Below are positions 46,869 through 56,236 of a stretch of 64,000 bases of DNA, piece after piece. This DNA comes from an uncultured Nitrososphaerota archaeon (GTDB taxonomy: Archaea > Asgardarchaeota > Njordarchaeia > Njordarchaeales > Njordarchaeaceae). Positions within the stretch are counted from its first letter, which is position 1, and the number at the start of each line of letters is the position of its first letter. The position numbers were made by a program, and so were the translations under genes. Under the pieces are notes generated by a model that worked only from the letters and a program-made list of their open reading frames with translations, searched no databases and was not told the DNA's origin. The stretch spans positions 40,503 to 104,502 of the forward strand of contig CAZFGR010000003.1 of the NCBI GenBank assembly GCA_964518475.1, written 5' to 3'.

Positions 46869-48011
46869 TTAAGCTCCCTCCTTTGCTAATTCAACAGCCT
46901 TTTTAACGGCTTCAATCATATCTGTATACGCCTCAATACCAGCTTTTCTTAGCATTTCTCTCCCCAAATCCTCGTTAGTTCCAGTTAAACGTACCACTAA
47001 GGGAACCTTAACGTCTATTTTTTGCAATGCCTCTAAGATTCCCTGCGCTACAAGGTCGCATCGTGTTATTCCTCCAAAGATATTCATAAGAATCACCTTC
47101 ACATTCCCAAGCTTAAGAAGAGTCTCTATTGCCGCAAATACCCTCTCAGGCCCAGCTCCTCCTCCTATATCCAAGAAGTTTGCGGGTTTTCCTCCAAATT
47201 CTTTGACTAAATCCACAGTTGCCATGGTTAAACCAGCACCATTACCTATGATTCCTACGTCACCCTCTAGTACTACGAAGGAGATGCCTTTCTCTTTTGC
47301 TTTGTACTCTAAACTCTCTACTCCAGCTCGTGATTGTTTTAGAGAGTTTATCCATGGTTGTCTAAAGGCAGCGTTGTCGTCTGCCATCACTCTTGCGTCT
47401 AATGCGATGATATCTCCATCAGAAGTTTCGGCTAGGGGGTTTATTTCGGCTAGTAATAGATCTTTCTGTTTGAGGGCTAACCAGAGTTTATAGAAGACAC
47501 TAGCAATTTTTAGGGCTTTTTTACCTTTTATCCCAAGGCGATTAACCATGTCTAAGGCAATGAATTGGGTCACACCAACATCGGGGTCAATATATTCTCG
47601 CACGATAGCCTCTGGGTTTGTTCTGGCTACTTCTTCGATATCTATTCCACCCTCAGTAGAGAAGAGAGCTATGATTTTCTTTTCGTAAAAATCAACCATA
47701 AGGGACAAGTAGTATTCATGAGCGATATTCACTTTTTTCTCCACTAAGATGCGGGAGATTTTTTCGCCATGTAGGGTCATATGAAATAGTTCTTCAGCAT
47801 TTTTTCTGAGATCATCTGGGTTTTCGGCGAACCTTATAGCACCCGCCTTCCCTCTTCTTCCCCCTAGTATTTGGGGCTTAAGAACGACGGGATACCCAAT
47901 TTCTTCTGCTATGTTAAGAGCTTCTTCGACCGAAAAAGCAACTTTTCCTGGTGGTACTGGAATACCGAATTCAGAAAATATTTGTTTTCCTTCATGCTCG
48001 TACAAGAACAT
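46869..48011 (-). CDS. sucC: Succinyl-CoA synthetase beta subunit
   Basis: LYEHEGK, GRRGKAG, EINPL, NGAGLTMAT, PANFLDIGGG, NIFGGITRCD. Confidence 0.95.
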   Translation of the reverse strand: MFLYEHEGKQIFSEFGIPVPPGKVAFSVEEALNIAEEIGYPVVLKPQILGGRRGKAGAIRFAENPDDLRKNAEELFHMTLHGEKISRILVEKKVNIAHEYYLSLMVDFYEKKIIALFSTEGGIDIEEVARTNPEAIVREYIDPDVGVTQFIALDMVNRLGIKGKKALKIASVFYKLWLALKQKDLLLAEINPLAETSDGDIIALDARVMADDNAAFRQPWINSLKQSRAGVESLEYKAKEKGISFVVLEGDVGIIGNGAGLTMATVDLVKEFGGKPANFLDIGGGAGPERVFAAIETLLKLGNVKVILMNIFGGITRCDLVAQGILEALQKIDVKVPLVVRLTGTNEDLGREMLRKAGIEAYTDMIEAVKKAVELAKEGA

Positions 48012-48043
48012 ATTAATACACCATAAACAAAAGGTTATTGAAT

Positions 48044-48394
48044 TTAGCAATTAAGCTCATGTATAAGTAATACGTATAGTGGCAATTTCAAGGGTTCAGA
48101 TGTTCTCTTTTTCTCGTATATTAATTTTTCACAAAATCTATACAGTCTCTTACGAGGATCTTTTAGAGGGCTTTCAGTAATTAGTTGCTCGTCTTCAGGC
48201 GGAACAATAAGAATCGTCTTCCCTTTAGCAAGAAAGTGCTCATATATTTTGGCAAATGTTGGATTCTTTCGAATGCATCTTTGTACATCTTCCTCGTCGG
48301 CGATTATTGCAAGTATCTGATAAGGCTTAAGAGTCTCATCAATATCCTTTTTAACGTGAAAGGTTTCAAGAGTATCAATGTGAATAATACCCAT
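48044..48394 (-). CDS. Hypothetical protein
   Basis: About 116 aa from ATG 48394; the longer ORF overlaps serS on the opposite strand. Confidence 0.55.
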   Translation of the reverse strand: MGIIHIDTLETFHVKKDIDETLKPYQILAIIADEEDVQRCIRKNPTFAKIYEHFLAKGKTILIVPPEDEQLITESPLKDPRKRLYRFCEKLIYEKKRTSEPLKLPLYVLLIHELNC

Positions 48395-48419
48395 ATCAAG
48401 GCCTCGGGAGTGAGTCATA

Positions 48420-50030
48420 ATGGTTAAGTTCGAAGGCGTGGTAGAGTACATTTTGAGTAAAGAAGTTCCAGAAGATTTTAATGAGTTTTTCGAAAAAGAT
48501 CTTCTCGGAGAAATTAATGAAATATTGAAGAAAGGAGCTAGAAATAACCAAGAGGCAGCAAAGGTTCTAACTTTTGAAGTTTCAAACAATGTTATCCGGT
48601 TAAAGATAGAAAGTGGGAGCCGAGTTAGGCTTCATCATGCCGCTTTAAGAATAAAGAATTATCTAGCACCTATTCTCGGTAAGAAGTTCAAGATCGGGAT
48701 CAGAGAGATAGTATTAAAAGATGCAGTGATTATTCTTGACGGTTCTTTGAGAGTCTCAACAACTTTACCTTTCGTTAAAAGCGTTATAGTAAAGGATAAC
48801 AAGACCTTAGTTAACTTGGCGGAACTTACGGAAAGCGAGTTAAAGCGACCAATTATTGATAGGCTTCTTAAACTTCTTGATTATAAGGAAAAGAGAGCAA
48901 GATGGGGTGGAAAGATTGAGCATTGGCGCTTAATAAAACGAAGTTCGATGAAAGAACCGAAGTTTAGGGATGATCCTAATACTATTCTAGAAAAGATAGG
49001 GTGGGTTAAGAGATATTCTACGGGCCAATGGTTATACACCCCGCCTATAACACACCTTCTAAGGAAGTTTGAAGAGCTCTTTATTGAGACCGTGCTAAAG
49101 CCTCTAGGATTTGTAGAGGCAATATTTCCTAAGATGAATCCATTAGAGATAGGTTTAAAGACTGGTCATCTGAAGGGCACGCCTCACCAAATGTTTTTTG
49201 CAAGTCAACCCATTTCCTATAATTTAGAGGACTTTGACGAATGGGTTGATTATATCTCAGTACTAGAGGAGGCCGATCCAGAAATACTAAGAAGGCACAT
49301 AAAGCCCCCCAATTATTTTGTTTGCTTTGCCCAGTGTGAACCATTTTACTGGTTCTTTGGAGGAGAAATCATTGACAAGAAGGAAATTCCGATAAAATGG
49401 TTTGATAGATCAGGACCAAGTTTCAGATGGGAGTCGGGGGGTCTAAGGGGATTAGAAAGAGTTGTTGAGTTCCATAGGATCGAGATAGTATGGCTTGGAG
49501 AGCCCGAGCAAGTCATTAATATCAGGAATGAGTTACTTAAACGCTATGAATACTTCATGGATAAGGTACTCGATCTCGAATGGCGATGGGCTTGGGTAAC
49601 CCCCTTTTATCTTGTACATGCAGGAGAAATTGAAGAGGAAGAAGAAAAAGAAATTGACATAAATCAGCCAGGAACAATAGATTTCGAAGCATGGTTACCT
49701 TATAAAGGGGACAGAGATGATCAACATGCTTGGCTCGAAATAGGCAATATATCCATTCATGGAACAAAGTATTCAGAACCGTTCAGAATAAAGCATCAAT
49801 TAAAGGATAAGATTATATGGACGGGATGTTCTGGCTTCGGCTTGCAGAGATGGTTCTTGGCATTTCTCGCTCAGAAGGGATTTGATCCGGATAACTGGCC
49901 AGAGGAGGTTCGAAAGAAGATAACGAGGCCACCACGAAGTGTTAGGATGGTTACATATCCGAAGGGTAGAGATAGTGAAAAATTATTAGATGAGATAGAA
50001 TCCCTATTAAGTAAGTTACATCCTAGGTAA
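48420..50030 (+). CDS. serS: Seryl-tRNA synthetase, methanogen-type (type 2)
   Basis: N-terminal mixed domain IESG.RVR.H.A.LR, AQCEPFY, DRSGPSFRWESGG..GLERV.EF.R.E, WTGCSGFG. Confidence 0.93.
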   Translation: MVKFEGVVEYILSKEVPEDFNEFFEKDLLGEINEILKKGARNNQEAAKVLTFEVSNNVIRLKIESGSRVRLHHAALRIKNYLAPILGKKFKIGIREIVLKDAVIILDGSLRVSTTLPFVKSVIVKDNKTLVNLAELTESELKRPIIDRLLKLLDYKEKRARWGGKIEHWRLIKRSSMKEPKFRDDPNTILEKIGWVKRYSTGQWLYTPPITHLLRKFEELFIETVLKPLGFVEAIFPKMNPLEIGLKTGHLKGTPHQMFFASQPISYNLEDFDEWVDYISVLEEADPEILRRHIKPPNYFVCFAQCEPFYWFFGGEIIDKKEIPIKWFDRSGPSFRWESGGLRGLERVVEFHRIEIVWLGEPEQVINIRNELLKRYEYFMDKVLDLEWRWAWVTPFYLVHAGEIEEEEEKEIDINQPGTIDFEAWLPYKGDRDDQHAWLEIGNISIHGTKYSEPFRIKHQLKDKIIWTGCSGFGLQRWFLAFLAQKGFDPDNWPEEVRKKITRPPRSVRMVTYPKGRDSEKLLDEIESLLSKLHPR

Positions 50031-50050
50031 AGTGAATAGGTGGATGCCTA

Positions 50051-50896
50051 ATGTCTCCTCCTACCTCGCAAAAAAGGACTAGAGCTGATAAACCAGAGTG
50101 GGAGGGAGGATTGCAGTATCATATAGAGCTAAAACCAGGGGACATCCCTCCATACGTATTATTGCCGGGCGATCCTGGAAGAATAGACGTGATTACATCT
50201 ATTTGGGAGGATGTGAAAGAGGTATCATTTCATAGGCAATATAGAACCGTGAAGGGTCACTATAAGGGAGTAGAAATCGCTGCAACAAGCACTGGAATTG
50301 GTGGGCCTGCGGTAGAAATTGCTATGATAGAGCTTATCAACATTGGGGCGCACACATTTATAAGGGTTGGAAGCACGGGGGCAATTCAAGAGAATATCAA
50401 ACCAGGAGATTTAGTAATATCTACGGCTGCTGTACGATTAGAAGGTGCCTCAAAAGTCTATGCGCCCACAGAATATCCAGCGGTGGCTAGCATTGATGTC
50501 ACATTGGCACTTATCAAAGCAGCTGAGTCTCTAGGCTATAGATATCATGTCGGAATCACAGCTAGCACGGATTCATTTTATGTTGGGCAAGAAAGACCAG
50601 CTATAAACAATTATTTGCCTTCTTGGATAAGGGGGCTTATAGATGATTTGAGGAAAATGCGGGTACTTAACTTCGAAATGGAGGCCGCCACAATTTTTAC
50701 CCTAGCCAATATTTTCGGCGCGAGAGCGGGTGCTGTTTGTGCAGTTTTCGCTAATAGAATCACAAACGAGTTCGTCAAAGCTGGTGAAAAAGAAGCCGCG
50801 GAAGTAGCATCAGAGGCTGTAAAAATTCTTAAGGAGTGGGATGATGAAAGAGATCGCTTGGGCAAAAGCAGGTACTGGTTACCAATCTTGGAATAG
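50051..50896 (+). CDS. udp: Uridine phosphorylase
   Basis: QYHI, LLPGDPGR, STGIGGP, RVGSTG, DSFYVGQ, NFEME. Confidence 0.93.
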   Translation: MSPPTSQKRTRADKPEWEGGLQYHIELKPGDIPPYVLLPGDPGRIDVITSIWEDVKEVSFHRQYRTVKGHYKGVEIAATSTGIGGPAVEIAMIELINIGAHTFIRVGSTGAIQENIKPGDLVISTAAVRLEGASKVYAPTEYPAVASIDVTLALIKAAESLGYRYHVGITASTDSFYVGQERPAINNYLPSWIRGLIDDLRKMRVLNFEMEAATIFTLANIFGARAGAVCAVFANRITNEFVKAGEKEAAEVASEAVKILKEWDDERDRLGKSRYWLPILE

Positions 50897-50906
50897 GTGA
50901 TCGAAC

Positions 50907-52676
50907 ATGGAAAATCTGGAGAACATTATCAGAAAACACGCTCTGATAAATGCTGTAACACACGATGGAAAAGCTGATGAGAAAGCTGTCTTAAAAAAAC
51001 TAATAGCGGAAGTTGAGGGTTTTAGAGCAAGGTTGAAAGACGAGGAAGAACGCGAGAGGATCATGAAGACAATCCGAGAGATTGTTAATGCGATTAATTC
51101 AATGGATTTAGAGACACAGAAAGATATCTTAGCGAGGAATTATGGAATAACTATTGAAATAATAAGGGAAGAAAAAGCTAAGAAAACGCGGGAAGGTTTG
51201 CCACCTTTGCCGAATGTGGATAAAGTCGGAAAGGTCATTACAAGATTCGCACCAGCCCCCTCCGGTGCCCTTCATATTGGCCAACTTATTCGAGCAGCGT
51301 TCTTATCGTACCTTTATGCAAGGATGTACAATGGTAAGTTTATCCTAAGGATAGAGGATACGGATCCACGGAGAATTAAAGCGATATACTATGACTGGAT
51401 AATGGAAGACTTAAGAGCAGTTGGTATTGAATGGGACGAGCTAGTTTTTGAGAGTGATCATTTTGACTTCTACTATGAACTAACTAGAAAGCTTTTCGAA
51501 CAAGGAAAAGCCTACGTATGTACGTGTTCTAGTGAGGAATTCCGTAAGTATAGAGAGGAGAAAACACCCTGTCCTCATAGAAATACGATGGATGATGTGA
51601 GTTACTGGGAAAAGATGTTGGATGGTACCTATAAAGAGGGACAAGCGATTGTTAGATTAAAAACGGATATGGCGCATAGAAATCCAGCTGTCCGAGACCC
51701 GCCATTGTTAAGAATAATTGATAGTATTCCTCATCCACGAACTGGTTATAGGTATCGAGTGTATCCTCTATACAATTATGCATGTGCGATCGAGGATCAC
51801 CTATCTGGAGTCACATATGTAATAAGGGGAAAAGAGCATGAAACAAATGAAGCTATACAGAGAGAAATCTACAAAGCATTCGGTTGGGAGCCTCCCATAA
51901 CTATCCAGTACGGTATGATAAAATTACCAGAAGCGAAAATTCATAAGAGACATATAAGAGTAGCATTGAAAGAGGGCAGAATTCATGGCTGGGACGATGT
52001 CACATTACCAACCGTGAGAGCATTCCTACGCCGAGGAATAACTCCTGAAGCGTTTAAAAGAATGGCCATAGAACTCAGCATAGCTAAAAGCGATGCTACA
52101 CTTAGTTTAGAGACTCTTTACTCCATAAATAGGCAGATCCTTTCTGCAAGAGCCAAACGAATATCTTTCGTTGATGAACCCTTTGAAATGATGATTAGAG
52201 GCATTTCTCAAGAAATCGAAGTTAAAATGCCATGGATACCAGAAAATCCCGATGCTGGATTTAGGCGGTATATCATAAAGCCATTAGACGAGCGAGGAGG
52301 TACTATAAACGTTTATATCGCTAATCAAGATCTACCATTGATAAGACAGGTCATTAGAGAGGATCGGCTAATAAGGTTGAAAGAATTCGCAAATGTGAAG
52401 ATAGAAGCTATAGACGACGAAGAAAGAAAAATTGTAGCATCGTTTCATAGTTTCGAAGTAATCCCTGGTATCCGTAAGATTCATTGGGTACCGGGTGGGG
52501 AATTAGCTATCCAAGCACGAGTCCTGATGCCTGATGGTACTATAAAAGAGGGATTAGTAGAGTTTCTAGTCCAATCTCTCAAGAATGGTGAATATGTGCA
52601 AATGGAGAGATTCGGATTTGGACGCATAGATAGCAACCAAGGCGAATTGATAGTTATAGCTTATGCTCATCCATGA
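50907..52676 (+). CDS. gltX: Glutamyl-tRNA synthetase
   Basis: TRFAPAPSGALHIGQ, LRIEDTDP, AYVCTC, EDHLSGVT.VIRGKEH, GWDD..LPT, QMERFGF. Confidence 0.95.
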   Translation: MENLENIIRKHALINAVTHDGKADEKAVLKKLIAEVEGFRARLKDEEERERIMKTIREIVNAINSMDLETQKDILARNYGITIEIIREEKAKKTREGLPPLPNVDKVGKVITRFAPAPSGALHIGQLIRAAFLSYLYARMYNGKFILRIEDTDPRRIKAIYYDWIMEDLRAVGIEWDELVFESDHFDFYYELTRKLFEQGKAYVCTCSSEEFRKYREEKTPCPHRNTMDDVSYWEKMLDGTYKEGQAIVRLKTDMAHRNPAVRDPPLLRIIDSIPHPRTGYRYRVYPLYNYACAIEDHLSGVTYVIRGKEHETNEAIQREIYKAFGWEPPITIQYGMIKLPEAKIHKRHIRVALKEGRIHGWDDVTLPTVRAFLRRGITPEAFKRMAIELSIAKSDATLSLETLYSINRQILSARAKRISFVDEPFEMMIRGISQEIEVKMPWIPENPDAGFRRYIIKPLDERGGTINVYIANQDLPLIRQVIREDRLIRLKEFANVKIEAIDDEERKIVASFHSFEVIPGIRKIHWVPGGELAIQARVLMPDGTIKEGLVEFLVQSLKNGEYVQMERFGFGRIDSNQGELIVIAYAHP

Positions 52677-52932
52677 ATGCTTTTTCATAGAATGTACCTA
52701 CTGGGCATAGATTATTACACAGAAGGCATCCAGTGCATTTTGAACTATCTATAGTGGGCCTGAACCGCTCACCAACTTTTTTTACAATAATAGCTTTTCT
52801 AGGACATATAAGCTCGCATAATTTGCATCCAAGACAATAGAACCAGCGGGAGATTCCTCGTATTAGATGTTTTGAAAGACGCTTATTTTCTTTGGAAATA
52901 GTTATTATGAGGGAGTCTCTTTTTCTTTCCAT
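52654..52932 (-). CDS. 2[4Fe-4S] ferredoxin-domain protein
   Basis: CLGCKLCELICP and CTGCLLCNNLCP. Confidence 0.88.
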   Translation of the reverse strand: MERKRDSLIITISKENKRLSKHLIRGISRWFYCLGCKLCELICPRKAIIVKKVGERFRPTIDSSKCTGCLLCNNLCPVGTFYEKAFMDEHKL

Positions 52933-53002
52933 GATGAATACCGTATCTAACTTGAGAACTAGCTATATCAATAAAGAATTTTAAAGAATGACTAATTGGT
53001 CA

Positions 53003-53467
53003 TTAAATGCCAAACGCGGCATTAGCTAGCTCATCGATTTCATGTATTATTTGATCCAATAACGTGTAGACGAAACCTATGGCAGTGCCCTTACGACCGT
53101 AGAGTAGTAAAACACTATTCGATTTAGTGAGTGGTTGCAAAAGAGCGATGCCCTTATTACCAACAATAAGTACTTTCTCAAGCGTTCCTAGGTTCAGTCT
53201 CTCCTCTGATATCAACTTTTCTATCTGGGAAAAGCTATCTAAAATGGTACCTCCTAAAGCTTCTTCTTCAACACCTGTTGGGCCTATATTTTCTTCTAAG
53301 GCTTCTTCTTTAGGCACAAACAAGAGGAGGAGGCCTTCATTAGTATCAACGAGCATTGCTCCTAATAAGTCTGGATCGCTATCAATTATGATTCTTAGTG
53401 TTTCTTCAAGGCGTTTCCGGGCTTTTGCTACGCTTTCGAGAGAGTCGGAGGACAATACTCTCACCAA
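53003..53467 (-). CDS. Roadblock/LC7-like protein
   Basis: GAMLVDTNEGLLL, LNLGTLEKVLIVGNKG, LLLYG..IGFV: roadblock topology. Confidence 0.75.
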   Translation of the reverse strand: MVRVLSSDSLESVAKARKRLEETLRIIIDSDPDLLGAMLVDTNEGLLLLFVPKEEALEENIGPTGVEEEALGGTILDSFSQIEKLISEERLNLGTLEKVLIVGNKGIALLQPLTKSNSVLLLYGRKGTAIGFVYTLLDQIIHEIDELANAAFGI

Positions 53468-53468
53468 C

Positions 53469-53903
53469 CTATATGTCTAGAATAACTCTTACAAATTTTT
53501 CGCCATTTCTTTCTCCGATCTCCATCATATGATAAGAAACAGCTTTGACTTCAAGATGAGAGGGATGCTTTTCTGGATCGAAAGGTTCTCCGTAGGCTTC
53601 ACCTTGCAATACCCATTCGTCATCTTCCCTCTTAATGGTTACATTAAACTCTGAAAAAATTATTCCCTCGGCGTCAAAAAGGAAAAGAAGCTCTTCAAGC
53701 CACTTCTTCAAAAGACCCTTCAAATCTTCATCCCGAACTATAATCTCTCTTTTTTCTTTAGGGTTTACCTTAGATATATCCGTCATGACATTAAACATTG
53801 CTTTTGCTGCGTTTACGAAAGCTTCATTCAAATCAGAACCATAGGCCTCAAAAGCAACGTCGGCAGTATGTTCCTCTAAATATCTAAATTTCTCTTCTCT
53901 CAT
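53469..53903 (-). CDS. Archease (RtcB cofactor)
   Basis: EHTADV, WLEELLF, GEPFD, EVKAVSYH, C-terminal DI. Confidence 0.96.
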   Translation of the reverse strand: MREEKFRYLEEHTADVAFEAYGSDLNEAFVNAAKAMFNVMTDISKVNPKEKREIIVRDEDLKGLLKKWLEELLFLFDAEGIIFSEFNVTIKREDDEWVLQGEAYGEPFDPEKHPSHLEVKAVSYHMMEIGERNGEKFVRVILDI

Positions 53904-53946
53904 ACAAAATCACCAACTCAGGGCTTTCTCACACTAAAACTTAATG

Positions 53947-55959
53947 TTACTCTAAACCTTTCCTCCGCATAATTTCTTTAATAATCATTTCGCGGGCCTT
54001 TCCACTTGCTTCAAGATAATCAAAGAATACCATCTGTATATATGCTCTCCCATGAGTTATTGAGCGGATAGTATTTGGTAGACCAAGAGAAGTTCTTACG
54101 GGTAGAATTCCTCTAATTCTTATAAGACCTGAACTTTTAGCATCCACTTGTTTTATTTTTCCACCTCTCCTATTTATTTCCGTAGTAACGGCCCCAACAT
54201 AATCCTGTACGGTAGTTACTTCAAATTCATAATATGGCTCGCAAATAACTGTTTTAACCGAGGAAAGAGCCTTTGCAAGCAAGTTTAATAATTGGTTTAA
54301 GTCGATAGGTTCGTTACTAGCTTTTTTTCTAATGATTCTTATCATTGCACCAATAATTGGTTCGCCTACTAGAGGACCACTCTTAAGAACATTTCTAATT
54401 ATGCTTTCTAATACATGGGAGTTTTCTGGAGAGAATCCTTCGATAATAATTACATTACCAGATTCGTAACTACTAAGAGCCTTGGAAAGAGCTTCTCTTA
54501 AAGGAACTCCTTCTCCTCGTAGAGACTTTATTTCTATTAAAACGTCATCGGAATCAATCGAAGCCTCAGAAAAAAGAAGTTCTCGATACCCAATCATGGG
54601 TTCCGAGGAGTATATTTCCAATCTTTTAGATAATTCTTTGATACAAATTTCTAGATGAAGTTCTCCAATTCCACCCAAAAGTATTTCTCCCGTTTCCTTA
54701 TTTATCTCCACAGAAATATTAGGATCCTCGATCTCCAGTTTTTTTAATTCTTCTAATAGTTTTTCGAAATCCTCAGTTTTCTTTGGTTCTATGGCAACAT
54801 AAACAACGGGAACAGCGATGTATGGGGGATACTTCATATGTCCAGAAATTTTCTTACTGGAGAAAGTCTGTCCAGGCTTTGCATCAATAAAAGCACCGAA
54901 AATTGCTCCAAATGGAACAGTGTTCACGACTATACTCTTGCTTCCAAAAAGCAGATGGACACTATCAACGCGTTTGAGGGTATTATCGTTTAGACAATAG
55001 TACAAGCCTCTAGAAACTGTTCCGGCGAAGACACGGCCCGTGGCAAATATTTTTCCAGACATCCATTGAGTCTTACTTATGTAGAAAATAGCTGGTTTTT
55101 CATCATTTTTATTAAAAGAAGTCAAAGCATCGGGAATCTTTCCTTCCCATAAATAGGGGATCCTATATTTTTGAGCCGTAATCACAGATGGTACCTTTTC
55201 ATAGATTATTCGAGCCAGTAGTTTTCCAAGCGGTAATAGGCGTGGTAAATTATTAGGCTCTTCCTTATAGATTTCTAGGAATTTATCAAATTTTAACCCT
55301 GTTCTCAGCATCTGTACCGTTGTAAAACCCCATTTCTTTAAAGCAGATCCGAAGAGAACAGTTTCATGTTCTGGGCGTACTTTCCAGGACTTTTTCTGAT
55401 AATCACAACCAAACGTCTCTATTAATTCGTTGAAACTGACGATAATTTCTGTAAGTCTTGCTTGAATTTGATATGGAGTCATTGATAATTCATCAATTAA
55501 CCTGTCTAACTTGTTTATGAAAAGGATAGGTCGCACATGTTCTTCCAGTGCTAATCTTAAATAGGCTTCTGTTTGAGCCATTATGCCCTCTACAGCGTCT
55601 ACAACAATAATTACTCCATCCATTAAACGTAATGCCCTGCTAACTTTTCCCGAGAAATCAACGTGACCCGGAGTATCGATTAAATTCAGAACATACTCTC
55701 GCCCATCATATGGCACAATGAGTGTGATTGCAGCAGTTTTAATTGTTATTCCCCTTCTTTGCTCTTCTTCAAGAAAATCCATATATAAGGCTTGTCCCGC
55801 AAGATCCTTCGCAATTACTCCGCAATAAGCTAGTATGTTATCAACAGTAGTTGTTTTTCCGTGGTCAACATGTCCAGCGAATCCAGCGTTTCGTATATTT
55901 TCTGGATTATTCATTAGAGCTTTTAATTTATGCAAATCTATTCGCACAGGGTCCACCAA
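53947..55959 (-). CDS. Elongation factor 2 paralog lacking the diphthamide loop
   Basis: GHVDHGKTT, RGITIK, DTPGHVDF, NKLD, GIGELHLEI, GPLVGEPI, EPY; no H-x-D-x-x-H-R-G; only 670 aa. Confidence 0.88.
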   Translation of the reverse strand: MVDPVRIDLHKLKALMNNPENIRNAGFAGHVDHGKTTTVDNILAYCGVIAKDLAGQALYMDFLEEEQRRGITIKTAAITLIVPYDGREYVLNLIDTPGHVDFSGKVSRALRLMDGVIIVVDAVEGIMAQTEAYLRLALEEHVRPILFINKLDRLIDELSMTPYQIQARLTEIIVSFNELIETFGCDYQKKSWKVRPEHETVLFGSALKKWGFTTVQMLRTGLKFDKFLEIYKEEPNNLPRLLPLGKLLARIIYEKVPSVITAQKYRIPYLWEGKIPDALTSFNKNDEKPAIFYISKTQWMSGKIFATGRVFAGTVSRGLYYCLNDNTLKRVDSVHLLFGSKSIVVNTVPFGAIFGAFIDAKPGQTFSSKKISGHMKYPPYIAVPVVYVAIEPKKTEDFEKLLEELKKLEIEDPNISVEINKETGEILLGGIGELHLEICIKELSKRLEIYSSEPMIGYRELLFSEASIDSDDVLIEIKSLRGEGVPLREALSKALSSYESGNVIIIEGFSPENSHVLESIIRNVLKSGPLVGEPIIGAMIRIIRKKASNEPIDLNQLLNLLAKALSSVKTVICEPYYEFEVTTVQDYVGAVTTEINRRGGKIKQVDAKSSGLIRIRGILPVRTSLGLPNTIRSITHGRAYIQMVFFDYLEASGKAREMIIKEIMRRKGLE

Positions 55960-56062
55960 TAAGCATACTTTGTATTCATGTTCATCTTAAAGAATAGGTA
56001 GATTGGCTAATGTTGAAAATACATAATTTTTCTTATGCTGGATTTATTTTGTGGTGAAAAGA

Positions 56063-56206
56063 TTGAGTTGTAGGGAGATCAGAATCCAGGGGATTATATC
56101 ATCTCTTGGATCATTCCTGGCTGTATTCATCATCTTAATTCCCACAATAATGAGTGGTGACTGGCTTAAAAGTATTTTTCTCGTATCACTATTTATCAAC
56201 ACCTAA
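56063..56206 (+). CDS. Small hydrophobic ORF (47 aa), possibly frameshifted
   Basis: GGTGA SD and TTG start; MSCREIRIQGIISSLGSFLAVFIILIPTIMSGDWLKSIFLVSLFINT; a hydrophobic continuation (LIIWLRNFWLL) follows in another frame. Confidence 0.4.
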   Translation: MSCREIRIQGIISSLGSFLAVFIILIPTIMSGDWLKSIFLVSLFINT

Positions 56207-56236
56207 TAATATGGTTAAGGAATTTTTGGCTTCTTC

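Noticed and set aside
52931-53000. ATGATGA...TTGA as a C/D sRNA
   Set aside because: No convincing C' box or terminal D box
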